Origin: the human T2T-CHM13v2.0 reference genome, Homo sapiens
DNA: 64,000 nt
Assembly: GCF_009914755.1 (NCBI RefSeq)
Contig: NC_060926.1
Strand: one strand, 5' to 3'
Shown here: piece after piece, positions 33,467 to 46,014 of the stretch
Numbering within the stretch: position 1 is the stretch's first letter
How the letters are laid out: the number at the start of each line of letters is the position of its first letter
Notes under the pieces: model-generated
What the model was told of the DNA's origin: nothing
Databases searched by the model: none
Seen by the model: the letters and a program-made list of their open reading frames with translations, nothing else
Translations under genes and position numbers: made by a program

Positions 33467-34370
33467 CTTTGTGGTTTTATCTACTTTTGGTCTTTGATGA
33501 TGGTGATGTACAGATGGGTTTTCGGTGTAGATGTCCTTTCTGGTTGTTAGTTTTCCTTCTAACAGACAGGACCCTCAGCTGCAGGTCTGTTGGAGTACCC
33601 TGCCGTGTGAGGTGTCAGTGTGCCCCTGCTGGGGGGTGCCTCCCAGTTAGGCTGCTTGGGGGTCAGGAGTCAGGGACCCACTTGAGGAGGCAGTCGGCGG
33701 GTTCTCAGATCTCCAGCTGCGTGCTGGGAGAACCACTGCTCTCTTCAAAGCTGTCAGACAGGGACACTTAAGTCTGCAGAGGTTACTGCTGTCTTTTTGT
33801 TTGTCTGTGCCCTGCCCCCAGAGGTGGAGCCTACAGAGGCAGGCAGGCCTCCTTGAGCTGTGGTGGGCTCTACCCAGTTCGAGCTTCCTGGCTGCTTTGT
33901 TTACCTAAGCAAGCCTGGGCAATGGCGGGCGCCCCTCCCCCAGCCTCACTGCTGCCTTGCAGTTTGATCTCAGACTGCTGTGCTAGCAATCAGTGAGACT
34001 CCGTGGGCGTAGGACCCTCCGAGCCAGGTGTGGGATGTAATCTCATGGTTCGCCGCTTTTTAAGCCGGTCTGAAAAGCGCAATATTCGGGTGGGAGTGAC
34101 CCGATTTTCCAGGTGCGTCCATCACCCCTTTCTTTGACTCGGAAAGGGAACTCCCTGACCCCTCGCGCTTCCCAGGTGAGGCAATGCCTCGCCCTGCTTC
34201 GGCTCACGCACGGTGCGCGCACCCACTGGCCTGCGCCCACTGTCTGGCACTCCCTAGTGAGATGAACCCGGTACCTCAGATGGAAATGCAGAAATCACCG
34301 TCTTCTGCGTCGCTCACGCTGGGAGCTGTAGACCGGAGCTGTTCCTATTCGGCCATCTTGGCTCCTCCCC
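33467..34370 (-). promoter_or_regulatory. L1 5'UTR: internal sense promoter (YY1 site near 34350-34362) and antisense promoter
   Basis: CpG-rich ~900 bp upstream of ORF1, with CAAGATGGCCG at the 5' end. Promoter activity is established for the family but cannot be shown from the sequence. Confidence 0.85.
33922..34137 (+). pseudogene. L1 ORF0: L1 ORF0 (antisense) with premature stop at codon 25
   Basis: ATG GCG GGC GCC CCT (MAGAPPPAS...); TGA at 33994-33996; the normal stop falls at 34135-34137, 72 codons from the ATG. Confidence 0.85.
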
Positions 34371-34373
34371 TTC

Positions 34374-34392
34374 TCTAATCAACACAGATTCT
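34374..34392. repeat. L1 target-site duplication, right copy
   Basis: TCTAATCAACACAGATTCT; the reconstructed empty site in L1 sense is TT/AGAA, an L1 endonuclease-type site. Confidence 0.96.
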
Positions 34393-34994
34393 AATCACCT
34401 CAGATTTCAGTTTTTAATCCTTGATTAATTCTAATTACCTAGAACAATCATTTTTATTTCTCTGTGATAATTTTTGACATCTCTCTGTTCTTCAACAGGA
34501 TGCTGTTATTTAAAAAGAAAACAAAAATAAAACTTTCACCAAAATTGCATTAATCTGTACATGATGGGTACATGTGATTGATCTCTGTTGTTTGCATTCT
34601 ACATATAATTGCATTTTGGTAAACAGTAGCTACTTTTCAATGCTAAAAGCTCAGCCATTAATTTTCTGCAGTATAGAATTCTCTTGAAATATTTCACTGT
34701 TTCTCACTGCTCTGATTGCTTTAGGAATTTCCTTTAATACATATTTTGTATATATTTTTATACGTATTTTAAGTTTTTCTAGGTAAATGTAAGTCCATGA
34801 TTTCTTCTACTATTTTTGGAGTTTGGAATTATCTTAATTTTGTCATAAATTTCTGTGAATATTTGTTTTGCTGGTACAAACAAAGATTTGATAATTTTCT
34901 AAGCACTCCCAGAAGCTTTGAATAAATAATTTTGGTAACCACATGATGATATTTATGAAATACATAAAGCTCTTAAAGTTTAGGGCAACCTAAA

Positions 34995-35160
34995 CCAGTG
35001 TGAATCAGACTTTAATGTGCATACTTGTCCCCTGGGGATCTTGTGAAAAAATCAGATTCAGATTTAGTATGAAGGAGGTAAGGTCTGAGATTATATTAAT
35101 ACATTTCTAATAAGTTGTCAGGTGATGCCTAAGCTGCTAGTACCCAGACTATAATTTGAG
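34995..35160. mobile_element. MER5A-like hAT MITE
   Basis: 'CCTGGGGATCTTGTGAAAA..CAGATTC...CTGAGATT..CATTTCTAATAAGTTGTCAGGTGATGC' pattern. Confidence 0.65.
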
Positions 35161-35750
35161 AAAAAAAGAAATAAATAACTTTATGTTTTGATATGTTTAT
35201 TTTTATCCAGTAAAACTGTATTTTAGCAAGTTTATTAATTTTCTCTACTTGTAGGTTATATGCTATCACTCTGTCCTTTCACCATAGTACTTTGTAGAAA
35301 AACTGTCTAATCTTGTTTATCCAGTTTTTCATCAGCCCTGCTGGGACTATATACAATCAAATTTTTGCCCCATTACTTTCCATGACTGTTTTCTTGATGT
35401 TCTATGTGAACTTATTCATCTCCAAATCATGGCTATTTATGCTGACTGGTTATAGGAAATTAAGGAGTAGAGGACAAAGCCAAATTTTAAGGAGACAAGG
35501 AGCACTCTACATCAGAGTAATTGTGGTAAGAAAATCTGTGGTACTAGAGTTGTTGACATTTAAGGAGCTAAACATGGTGTTGGGCAGGGAGGAAAATCCC
35601 ATGTGCCAAGAAGGATATTGTGAAATGAGCACCTTCTGTTACACATGAACATGTTCTCATGCTGCTAGATAATGTTAAACCATACTAATTGAGTTCATGT
35701 TAATCCCTCACCCTTACTCACTGTAGTTGTAACTCCTTACGATCACCAGA

Positions 35751-35832
35751 TATATATCATATATATGATATATGATATATATATGATATATGATATATAT
35801 ATGATATATGATATATGATATATATATATATG
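35751..35832. repeat. AT-rich (ATATATG/AT)n simple repeat
   Basis: tatatatcatatatatgatatatgatatatatatgatatatg... Confidence 0.9.
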
Positions 35833-37113
35833 AGCTATACCTGGTCATGGTCATCTTTATTTTTCTCTTAGTCAATTGTGAACTAGGGGATAAGGTGCAA
35901 TGTGCAGCATGGGACAGTATCTATTTAACAGCTCTTTATAAACACACATCTGTGTGTGTGTATAAATTGTTTATATATTATACACACATACAACCATAAT
36001 AATGGTTTACACCAGTTTCTGCAGTTTGCCTTCCCATTTGATCACCGAGGACAATGTATGGTCAATTTCTATCCATAACCATTATCCGTTATTTTCCCTT
36101 TCGTCTACTTCTTATTTGTCCTGAAATCTTTCTGCATTGCACCTAACTGGTGAAAAGCTTTTTCTTGCTTCTCCCACAGACTAAAACTCTATGAAACATT
36201 ATTCATCAACACAATGCTACTAGTATCTCTAAAGTCTTTAGTTATGAATTCTTATCTGTAAAGTGAGTGAGGAGATGAGACTAGCTGAATATCTGATAAG
36301 AGTATTTACTCCTCAGGAAACCGAGTATTCATACTTATATTCAGAGTTGAATGCATTAGTTTAAATAACAAGATATTACTTGCGAATTTTCATTTTCTTG
36401 AAACAACCCACAGCAATACTTTATCCTTTTATAGGATTTTGTTTTGTTTTGGCATAATTATGTTGATACTTTGAAAGTAACCTTAAAAGCAATAATAAAA
36501 TTAAAGGGTATTTATTGATTTCATTTACATTTTTCTTGACTTTTTTATTCATTTGAGATCTATTGTCTTATCCCCATATTAATTAATCAAATGTTAAGTC
36601 TTATATTGGGAATTATTGATTATAGCTTCAAAAGGAGGTTTGTTTATAATGATTTTGTGTATCCCTTTTCCCCAGTGACTTCCACTGTAAGTTCAGGTTG
36701 TTTAATAAAGACATTGAATATTATTGATCTATGAAATGTCATGCCAATTTCTAATTGCTTGATTTCAGTGTAATTCCATATTATATTTTTATTCATTCAA
36801 TTGTTCATTGAATTAGTTGTTCAGCAATTCATATCAACATTATGTATTATTTCCACTAGTCAATACAATGCAATGGATATAGCTCAATTGTAGGATTATT
36901 ATCACAGAAATGTATCCATTTTACCAATCTCTGTTATTTTGTGTCTCACAAATCATTCTTGCATTGTAAAATGGAATTTCTGATAATAAGTATATGCCAC
37001 AAATCTGTAAGATTACTTAATTGATTCCTATGTTTTTCATACTGCATTTTAAGTTTCTTTTGCTTTTTGTTTGGAAATCCATTTGCTCAAAGTTAAAAAA
37101 AGCAACACAAGAT

Positions 37114-38185
37114 TGTCCTGAATGGTATTGCCTAGGTTGTCTTCCAGGTTTTTATAGTTTTAGGTTTTACAGTTAAGTCTTTAATCCATCATGAGTTAAT
37201 TTTTGCATATGATATAATGAAGGGGTCCTGTTTCAGTCTTCTGCATATGGCTAGCCAGATATTCCAGCACCATTTATTGAATAGCGAGTCCATTCCCCAT
37301 TGCTTGTTTTTGTCAGGTTTGTCAAAAATCAGATAGTTGTAGGTGTGTGGTCTTATTTCTGGGTTCTCTATTCTGTTCCATTTGTCTGTGTGCCTGTTTT
37401 TGTACCAGTACCATGCTGTTTTGGTTACTGTAGCCCTGTAGTGTAGTTTGAAGTCAGGTAGCGTGATGCCTCCAGCTTTGTTCTTTTTGCTTTGGATTCA
37501 GCCATTGAGGAAGACAGTGTGGCAACTCCTTAAAGACCTAAGGACAGAAATAACATTTGACCCAGCAATCCCATTACTGGATATATACCCAAAGGAATAT
37601 AAATCATTCTGTTATGAAGTTGTATGCACGCATATGTTCATTGCAGCACTATTCACAACAGCAAAGACATGGAATCAACCCAAATTTCCATCAATGATAG
37701 ACTGGATAAAGAAAATGTGGTACATATACACCATGGGATACTATGGAGCCATAAAAAAGAATGAGATCATGTCCTTTGCAGGAAGATGGATGGAGCTGGA
37801 GGCCATTATCCTTAGCAAACTAACACATGAACAGAAAACCAAATAGTGCTTGTTCTCACTTAATGGGAGAACTAAATGATAAGTGGGAACTAAATGATAA
37901 GAACACATAGACACATAGAGGGGAACAAAACACACTGGGGCCTTTTGGAGGGTGGAGGGTGGGAGGAAGGAGAGGATCAGGAGAAATAACAAATGGGTAT
38001 GAGGCTTAATACGTGGGTGGCAAAATAATCTGTACAACAATCCCCATTACACAAGTTTACATAGGTTACATAGGTAAACTTGTGTACTGAGGGTTTGTTG
38101 TACATATTTCTTTGCTACCCATGTATTAAGTGTCATGATTATTTCAGGACACTTGTACCCCTGACCTTAAAATATAAGTTAAAAA
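37114..38185 (+). mobile_element. 5'-inverted, truncated L1PA (older primate L1)
   Basis: 37114-37498 is antisense ORF2 sequence; 37499-~38185 is the sense ORF2 end plus 3'UTR. The ORF track shows the chimeric junction '...LFFLLW|IQPLRKTVW...'. Confidence 0.9.
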
Positions 38186-39747
38186 CAACCCACAAAATTT
38201 CATTTTTCTCTTTCTGTCTCTTGTATAAATACATAATTAGTTCAATTAATAAAGGGTACATTTTAATAGAGGAATCAACATTATATACTCTTTATGAAAG
38301 AAAAAGGGAATTAAATTTAAAAAGAAAATATTCTGTGGCAACATAATCCTAGATAACCAGAAGTACATCCTTGGTCTAAATAGCTCTGCCTGACTTGAAC
38401 ATTATTATCTACTTCCTGTATCATCTTACCCTTGAGTTCAAATTGGACCTTGTTTGGCAGATGCTTATTTTTCTCACACCACAACTTACATTCCCTTTTG
38501 GGATCTGTGCAATTTGTACTTGATAGCTGCTCTTGCTCAGGTAAGGCTTTATGATATTTTTCCAGTCCCGTTTCCTAATCCTCTTCCCTCCGTTTCCTGA
38601 TAAGCCCATCTCAACTGTTTATTTCTGCTCAAATACATTAACTATTCCAAAGTCTGTACTGGGGCTTCTAAAAAATAGAGGTAGACTTATAGGAGGATCC
38701 AATCCTGACACTTAAGATAATTCTGGTAGTGACAATAATTATGTTTTTGCTCCTTTATGTTACTCTGATATTAGTCATTAAAATATTTACCAAGCATACT
38801 TTATCTTTATTTTATTCAAGGTAAGGCAAGAAACAGTAACTCATTCAAAGTTGCTCGGTTATTTGAGAATGCAACATGTTGCAGAAATGAAGTCCAGCTG
38901 GGCATTCTGGAGACAAATGCTGAGACTTCTGAGATATTGAAAACCATTAGGGAAAGAAATTATGACTCTTGTCCTCTTGCTCTGTTCCTGGGGTCACCAT
39001 CGCTCTGCCTCATACTGCCTTTTATGTTTGCTCTATCCAGCCTCCTCTCAGGAGGAACTTCCTCTGCTTGCATTCGATTTTTGCTCTGCAATAACTAAAA
39101 CTCTTAAGGAACCTGATTATCATAACATAACTCTGTATAATCAAATGTCCACCTCTGTTCCAATACATTGTAGCAGAAGGAGGAAATGTGTATGTTTTAA
39201 AACATCAAAAAAAAATTAGTGAAAAAGAGGCTGATTGCAGACAAGTACCCGAAACATGACCACTGTAATCTGCCATTTTAATCTATGTCTTAATAATAAA
39301 GTGATACATCAGTCATGTTTTCTTTATTGACAAGAACATAGGATCTCAAAGATCTTGATATAATTTCAATATTGATGATTTAAGTTGTTTCAGACAGGAC
39401 AGCAATTGCCAGTGAAAAGCAAACAACAATAAGTTGTTTAAAGTGTGAGAAAACTACTTTGTAAATTAATGTCAACTGAAAAAAGCTAAGATGCTAAGGT
39501 GTGTATTCTTTGAAATTATATTGGTTGTACAAAAAATAAACTTTGTATTAAGGCTATTTTAATATTTTCTTATATTTTCCACATTATTGTAAAAGTTGAA
39601 TATTAGAGATTATTAAATGATGTAAGCATCTCGTGAACAATATTTAGTAAATCCTTATTTTATGAACTACAAATAAAATCTAGGACTTAAGACATGGGTT
39701 GTTTAAATTGAAAATGCTACTTGAATGAAATCAGAATGACTCAAGGC

Positions 39748-39782
39748 ATCGCTTCTACACTTTTTGGCTAAAATCAAGTGTA
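39748..39782 (+). pseudogene. 3'-truncated U2 snRNA retrocopy (U2 nt 1-35)
   Basis: ATCGCTTCTACACTTTTTGGCTAAAATCAAGTGTA versus U2 AUCGCUUCUCGGCCUUUUGGCUAAGAUCAAGUGUA; TSD agaatgactcaagg / aaaatgactcaggg. Confidence 0.88.
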
Positions 39783-41068
39783 AAATGACTCAGGGATAGA
39801 GTCAAGGTTGCAAGAGTTTTCCTACATTAATATGGAGACAGATGAAAAAGACAACTATTTTTTTTCTGCTTATATTGTTGTAAAGATTTTAAGTTTTGAA
39901 AAAATATTAAGGTAACAAATATCAGCTTTGTTTTTTCCTTGTAAATTTTTTTTTTACATAGGTGACCAGAGTTTCATGCCATTCCTTTTGTAAGAACTGT
40001 TAATATAGCTAAGGAAAAATTATAACAGTTTCTCAAGTAACTTCTTGTGTGTTTTATCATAAAAACCCATTTAAGTGTTTCTCAGCATAAGGCAATTTTA
40101 AGAACTTGCATTGTTTTAAGATAATACAGTAGCCGAATCAGTGTTATATTGTGTAAATTTTAGAGTATTTTTATCTTCAAGTTATTTTTAATATATGTAT
40201 TGAATTTTAGGTATTTAACATTGTACTTTCTTCTACAATATCCCTGTAGATCATTTTCATTTGAGCACACTTTGAGTTTGTTTATTGTATAAATTCATCT
40301 CTTTATAACTTTTGTAATGTAATAAGGGATTCTTTGGTATTAAGAGAAACTCTGGATCTGAGCAGGGCTGATGTGGAAAATGGGGCTTGATTCCAAAGGG
40401 TGATGGCAGCTATTTCACTGCTCTCTCTACAGAAGGGCAGTTGCCCAGATAGGGTGTGTGTCTTCAGGTCTCAGCAGCTTGGTAGCAAGAAACTTTCTCT
40501 CCTGTTTTATAACAATAGTTACTTCTAATATATACTTTGATATTGGTCTTATTAAAACTCTTTTAAAAAGAAATGTACCTAATAATTGACAATTCTCATT
40601 AATTTTCATTTGATCTAAAATAAGTGCACTCTCCTTGATATTTTATGCTGGCAAAACAAAATAGGTTGTAGATAGGATCCATTAAAAATGATCTCTTCAT
40701 ACATATATCTAAATAAAGAAGGAGTAATTCTCATTTGTGTTTCATTTATGATTTATCTTTAGTGTTCTTTTTTGTATAATCAATTTCGATGTCCCTTTAC
40801 ATTGATTTGACTTAAAAGTCTATAATTGTATGTGCAACTTTTCAATAACATGTTTATTTTGTTAGCCAAAGCAATAAAGATTAGAGATGAGGTAATCCCT
40901 CCCAATTCTCCCCTGGTATTCCTCACCAACAATTTTGTATCATGATCTAATATTAATCAAGATGACATTGTGATCAACAATCATATCAAAATAAAAAGCA
41001 CAGTTGTGCTGCTGATAGTGATTATACATAAATAAATATCAGGAGATTAACATTGTTTATCTAAATAC

Positions 41069-41579
41069 TGATGGGGTTCAAAACATACTATACCCCAAAT
41101 ATGGCACCTTGCCATTTGAGAAAACAGTAGAAGTAGGAAGGTCACTCTCACCTTCCCCCCAACTTCGTTCCCCCTGAAGCAAGCTTTAAAATCTAGCTGA
41201 CCTTTCCCTGAAGTAGGTCCTAAGACCCTTATTCCAGAGGTGCTTACCCTATACCCAGAGAGGAATATCCTTATCCCTGAAATGCAGGAGACAAAGAAGA
41301 ATCTACACAAACAGGCCTATGGCATTCCCCCATTAGTTTATTACCATTAGATCATGACCCCTTGTCCATCATACTTCTCCACAAATACCCACTTATTCAT
41401 CAAACTAAGAATAATATACAGATTATTTTATATCTTTGGATCTTCATTTCTGAAGCCTTCTGTGTCATGTAAAACTTAAATTTGTATGCTTTTATCTTGA
41501 TAATTTGTCTTTTGTTATAGGTGCCTCAACCATGAATCTACCTATGAGCAAATAAAAGATAATACTTTTTCTCCTCACA
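41069..41579 (+). mobile_element. ERV1 solo LTR (MER34-family-like)
   Basis: TGATGGGGTTCAAAACATACTATACCCCAAATATGGCACCTTG...CTCCTCACA; 4-bp TSD atac. Confidence 0.75.
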
Positions 41580-42333
41580 ATACCATTAAATATTGTATTA
41601 CATAATTCTATGGGAAAGTATATCTAAGATTTGTTTGCAGCTGGTGTTGGTAGATTATTTCCCAAAAGATTGTCATGATTCACAACCCCAACAACAATGG
41701 ATACAGTGCTATCTTTTTAATCCTTGCCTGAGTGCATGTTGTTTTTCTTTATAACTTTTCTCTACTCAGAAGAATAAAAAAGTCATCTCATTGTTGTCTT
41801 AACTTGTCTCTTACTAACAGTGAGATAGATTATCTTTAGATGAGTATATGGATGATATATAATTTCTGTTCTGTGAAAATCTTATTCATATTCCTTACAA
41901 TTTTTTATTTATCATTTTAATACAAATTTATAGGTACTTCTTGTCAGACATTTATTTACATGCCAGAAGTTTTGCACATGTATCTCCCAGCCTATCATTG
42001 TTTTGTGTGTGTGTGTGTTTTTTTACTATTTAGAAATTAGACTTTTGTAATTAAGTAAGCCTATATTTTGTTTATGGATTTGTTCCTGTTTTGCTTAATA
42101 AGATCCCTTCTAATTCAAGTTTACTTTTTTGAAGTTTTTTACATTGAAATGTAAAATAGTACCCAGTCTTACAAGTTAAAACCCAGAGACACAGAGAGTT
42201 TAATAATTTGTTGGGTAACTCTATAGCTCTTTTTAGTTACTAGTAACTATGCTATAATGATCATAACTATTAATAATATCTGGCATCTCTTCTGAACATC
42301 TGCTATTAGGTACTGGCAACCTTTTATACTCTA

Positions 42334-42622
42334 TTTCTTTCTTGAGACAGAGTCTTGCTCTGTTGCACCACCTGGAGTACAGTGGTACAATCATGGTTCA
42401 TTGTAGCCTCAAGCTCCTGGGCTCAAGTGATTCTCCACCTTAGCCTCCCAAGTAGCTGGAACCACAGTTATGTACCACCATAGTTAGCTAATTTTAAAAT
42501 TTTTTTTGTAGAGACAGGGTCTTGCTATATTTCTCAGGCTGGTCTTGAACTGGGTTCAACCAGTCCTCCCATCTCAGCCTCCTAAAATGCTAGGATTATA
42601 TTTATGGCCACTGCTCCCAGCC
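42334..42622 (-). mobile_element. Alu (AluJ)
   Basis: J-type 'ATCATGGTTCATTGTAGCCTCAAGCTCCTGGGCTCAAGTGAT'; TSD ctctattt. Confidence 0.88.
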
Positions 42623-45304
42623 CTCTATTTAAAGGCCCTAAATGTTCTTCAGAAAACCACCCTTGATAGCCATGAATTGTTGCTCTCACTCTCAGGTCCA
42701 AGCTGATTTTGACTGGATTAAGCTAGTCTCCACATCTCATTCCCAGTACAATTAGAGCCAGTGGATCTCTAGGGAAATTGAGATGAAGGTAGCTAAAAAG
42801 GAGCCTTTCACTATTCCTCTTGATTTGGTGATGTTAAGCTGCAACACTTAGAATGTCTGCCACTGTATGCCTATGATTATGGAAGCCAGCTGAAGATAGC
42901 TAATACCCAGAAGAAGCATGGCCCAAACAGAGATGCTGTGATTTATAAGATGTGAATCAAGGGTGCTTTGCTTGATGCCTTGCTTCAAAGGCAACTTGCC
43001 CTTTCATTTAAAAGAGCCACAAGATTTCCTTTTTTGCAGTAAGCCATTTTCAGATGGTTCCTCTTTCCTTCTCCCTGTACATCATAGAGAGTCATCAGAG
43101 ACATTGGTTAATTATGAAATGCAAACTATGGAATGGAGGAAGAATCTCATCCTTAAATGTCCTGATGCAATCTCAAGTCAACTTAACCTAAATTATATTA
43201 TTATATTTAATTTACAATATAAACACTTACCTTTTACTCTTGGAGAGTAAAAGGAGAGAATAGGTACAATGAAGAATCTACATGTGGTAACTTTGATACT
43301 ATCCAAAACTTTTTCTAAGCCTTTTAACTTTGTAGTGTAAGTAATATGACATTTTTTTCCCTATACTGTGTCCTTCCTAAGTTATTTTGTAACATCATCA
43401 TGGATCTTACTTTTATGCATAACCTTTTAGTTTTTAACAGCCAGGTGTGGTAAGGAATAAAAGTTATTTTTAACATTGACCTCAGGTTCTTTCTTATACA
43501 AAAGCATTCTGTAATTGGAAGGTAGCTGAGTAGACAGCTTTAGCCATGAAACATGAGGCCTTGAGGTCATGGGCTGAAAGAGATAGTTGAACTCTGTGGC
43601 ATCAGAAGTTATAGTGATTAGAGATTGGGGCAAGAACGAAGATAGAAATAGAAAATGAGGGACTTTAAAAAGAGGAGTTTTTGATATTCAGTTTAAGTTA
43701 TTTTTTGTGCTAGAGAAATATTTTTAGAAAGGGCACTCTGTGCGTAGGATGGCATGTTGTTCAATGTATTGAAGCAAATTTAGCTGCAGTAGGTCACAGG
43801 TGATTCCTGATAATGCTTGAAAATTACTTTTTTCAGTGGAAGAGAAGGAACTTAGGTTACTGTCTTTGGTCCAGTCTGCTTGCATTTTGGTAGGAGAGAA
43901 TGCTATTCTGCAATAAATAGAATGTTCATTTTTATTTGGAAGTTATCTTTTTAGGCACCAGTGACTAATTATATAATCAACAGAACCTCATTTTCTGAAG
44001 CAGTACTGTGCATGTTATTTCACTAAATTTTTTAAAAGGTGATAATACAACCATAACACAAATGTAAAAATGAAAGAGGCACATTAAGGTTTATTGAATG
44101 CTATGTCATTTTTTATTTAAAGGTAAGTTAACAGCTATATTCATTTTAGCAAATTAGGCCATTGTTTCTTTTTTCTATTTTGCTTCAGGTATGACTACTG
44201 TATATGCCACATAAAGTAGAGCATCTTAAAAGAAAAAGTATATATAGTATATTGATGTATAAATTAAATTGACTGCTCTATTTCAGATAATTTTTGCCAA
44301 TAATGCATTTTCCATGGAAAAAACAGGCTCCTTTCCAAATGGAATGAAACACATATCAACTTGCCAGTGCATGAACAGTCTGTACCTAGTTTGGAAAATT
44401 ATAAGTAACGCTGGATCCAAAACAAAAGTATATGATATAATGTTTAATATTTTCTCAATTTTTTGACATTGGTTGGCAATTTTCCTTTAAATAGTCATTG
44501 TTACTGTTCTTGGAGAAAACATCAGTTGTGGTAAAGCACTTTTCCAAATTTTGTTAACTAGCTTGACCTTCTTTAGAAATGACAGAAGGTAGAAGATGAT
44601 ACTGCATTTTTCCTCTCACATGTGTGTATAATGCTTCATATATTGCTAAATCTTTATAGAAGACTAAACATAAAGAGATTGTGTTAGAGGCAAATAACAG
44701 AGTAGATATTGACATTTGGGGGGGTGGTAACTGAGTTAGAAAAACACCATTTTGTCTGAGGTTTCAGTAACTAACTGTTTAAACATCTTCTCAGCTGCCT
44801 TTTGTAAAGAAAAAAAGCAATAGTTTTTCCTATGATTTTTTCTCCCATATTTGATCTCCATTATGATATCTTGACTACTTTTTAAAATAATATAATTGAC
44901 AATGAAAGACAATTTTGTTGGAAAATCTGGATTTCTATGATTTCTTTTAAAACAATTTGAGATTGTAGTACCTGTGAAGATTGATGTTAAAAATAATTTT
45001 AGGTTTCAAAAGGTAGCAATAAATTATGAACAACGTGAGTGCAGTTTCTTTCACCTACCATTTGGCTCATTAAAGAAAAAAAGTACCTGACATTCAGTCA
45101 TTTTATGAAAAATCATGGACTAACCTTTGTAGAAATGTAAACTTTAACAAGATTATAGTATCTTTGAAACTAGGAGTTATGTGACAACCAAGTTCTGATG
45201 TCCTTATAAGCACTCTACTGGATGACCCCCTAACATGTAGTATTGGCCAAATTTGTTTACAATGTGTTTATTTTGCATTTCTTCATTGGATTTTTTTTTA
45301 TACT

Positions 45305-45394
45305 AGTCCAACTAGCATGCCTGGTGGTGTGTTGGAGGAAGCATGGCTAAATGTACTCTTATCGTTTTTAAAATGTCTTGAATGAGGCCCAGCA
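45305..45394 (+). repeat. 90-bp direct repeat, copy A
   Basis: Identical to 45933-46023 except for one A in a homopolymer. Confidence 0.96.
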
Positions 45395-45689
45395 TTTGAA
45401 GCCAACTTTTGGGAAATGCAGTTGGGTTACTGACATTGGAGCCTTACAACTGCAGTGGAAATATATGATGACTTGAAAAGAAAATGGGAAAACAATGGTG
45501 ACATTTAGAAGAAAATTAAGTTTGGGGTTCAGTGTTGCTTAGGAAAGTATTGTTCTAATATATAGTAAAAATGGGAGAGATCAAAGAATCTCAGTGAAAA
45601 AAAATCATAGAATTTTGTGCTCACTATTTGATTGAGGTAGTATTTTCTATTCAAGAAAATGTGTCAGAAACTAGATAGGGAAAGAAAAA

Positions 45690-45790
45690 GAAATAAAGGA
45701 AAGGAAAAAGGAAGGAAAGAAGGAAGGAGGGAAGGAAGGAAGGAAGGATGAACGGACAGACGGACGGATGGACGGGAGGAAGTGAGGGAA
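45690..45790. repeat. (GGAA)n/(GGAC)n simple repeat
   Basis: gaaggaaagaaggaaggagggaaggaaggaaggaagg...cggacagacggacgg. Confidence 0.85.
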
Positions 45791-45932
45791 ACTAGACAGA
45801 GTTATAGGGCAGGCTCTCGACTTTTGGAAAAGGGAACTTAACCATTTCTAAAACTCATTCATCAATATTGTTCACTGATGTCTTCACTTTAAAAATTTAT
45901 TGGTGGCTAGGAAATATATTGTAATAGTAGTG

Positions 45933-46014
45933 AGTCCAACTAGCATGCCTGGTGGTGTGTTGGAGGAAGCATGGCTAAAATGTACTCTTATCGTTTTTAA
46001 AATGTCTTGAATGA

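Noticed and set aside
37448-37846. 132-aa ORF resembling the ORF2 C-terminus
   Set aside because: Chance in-frame read across the inversion junction of a dead L1.
43837-43889. Possible 53-nt + strand exon (ttttttcag|...|gtagga)
   Set aside because: Weak donor and no recognisable peptide in any frame.
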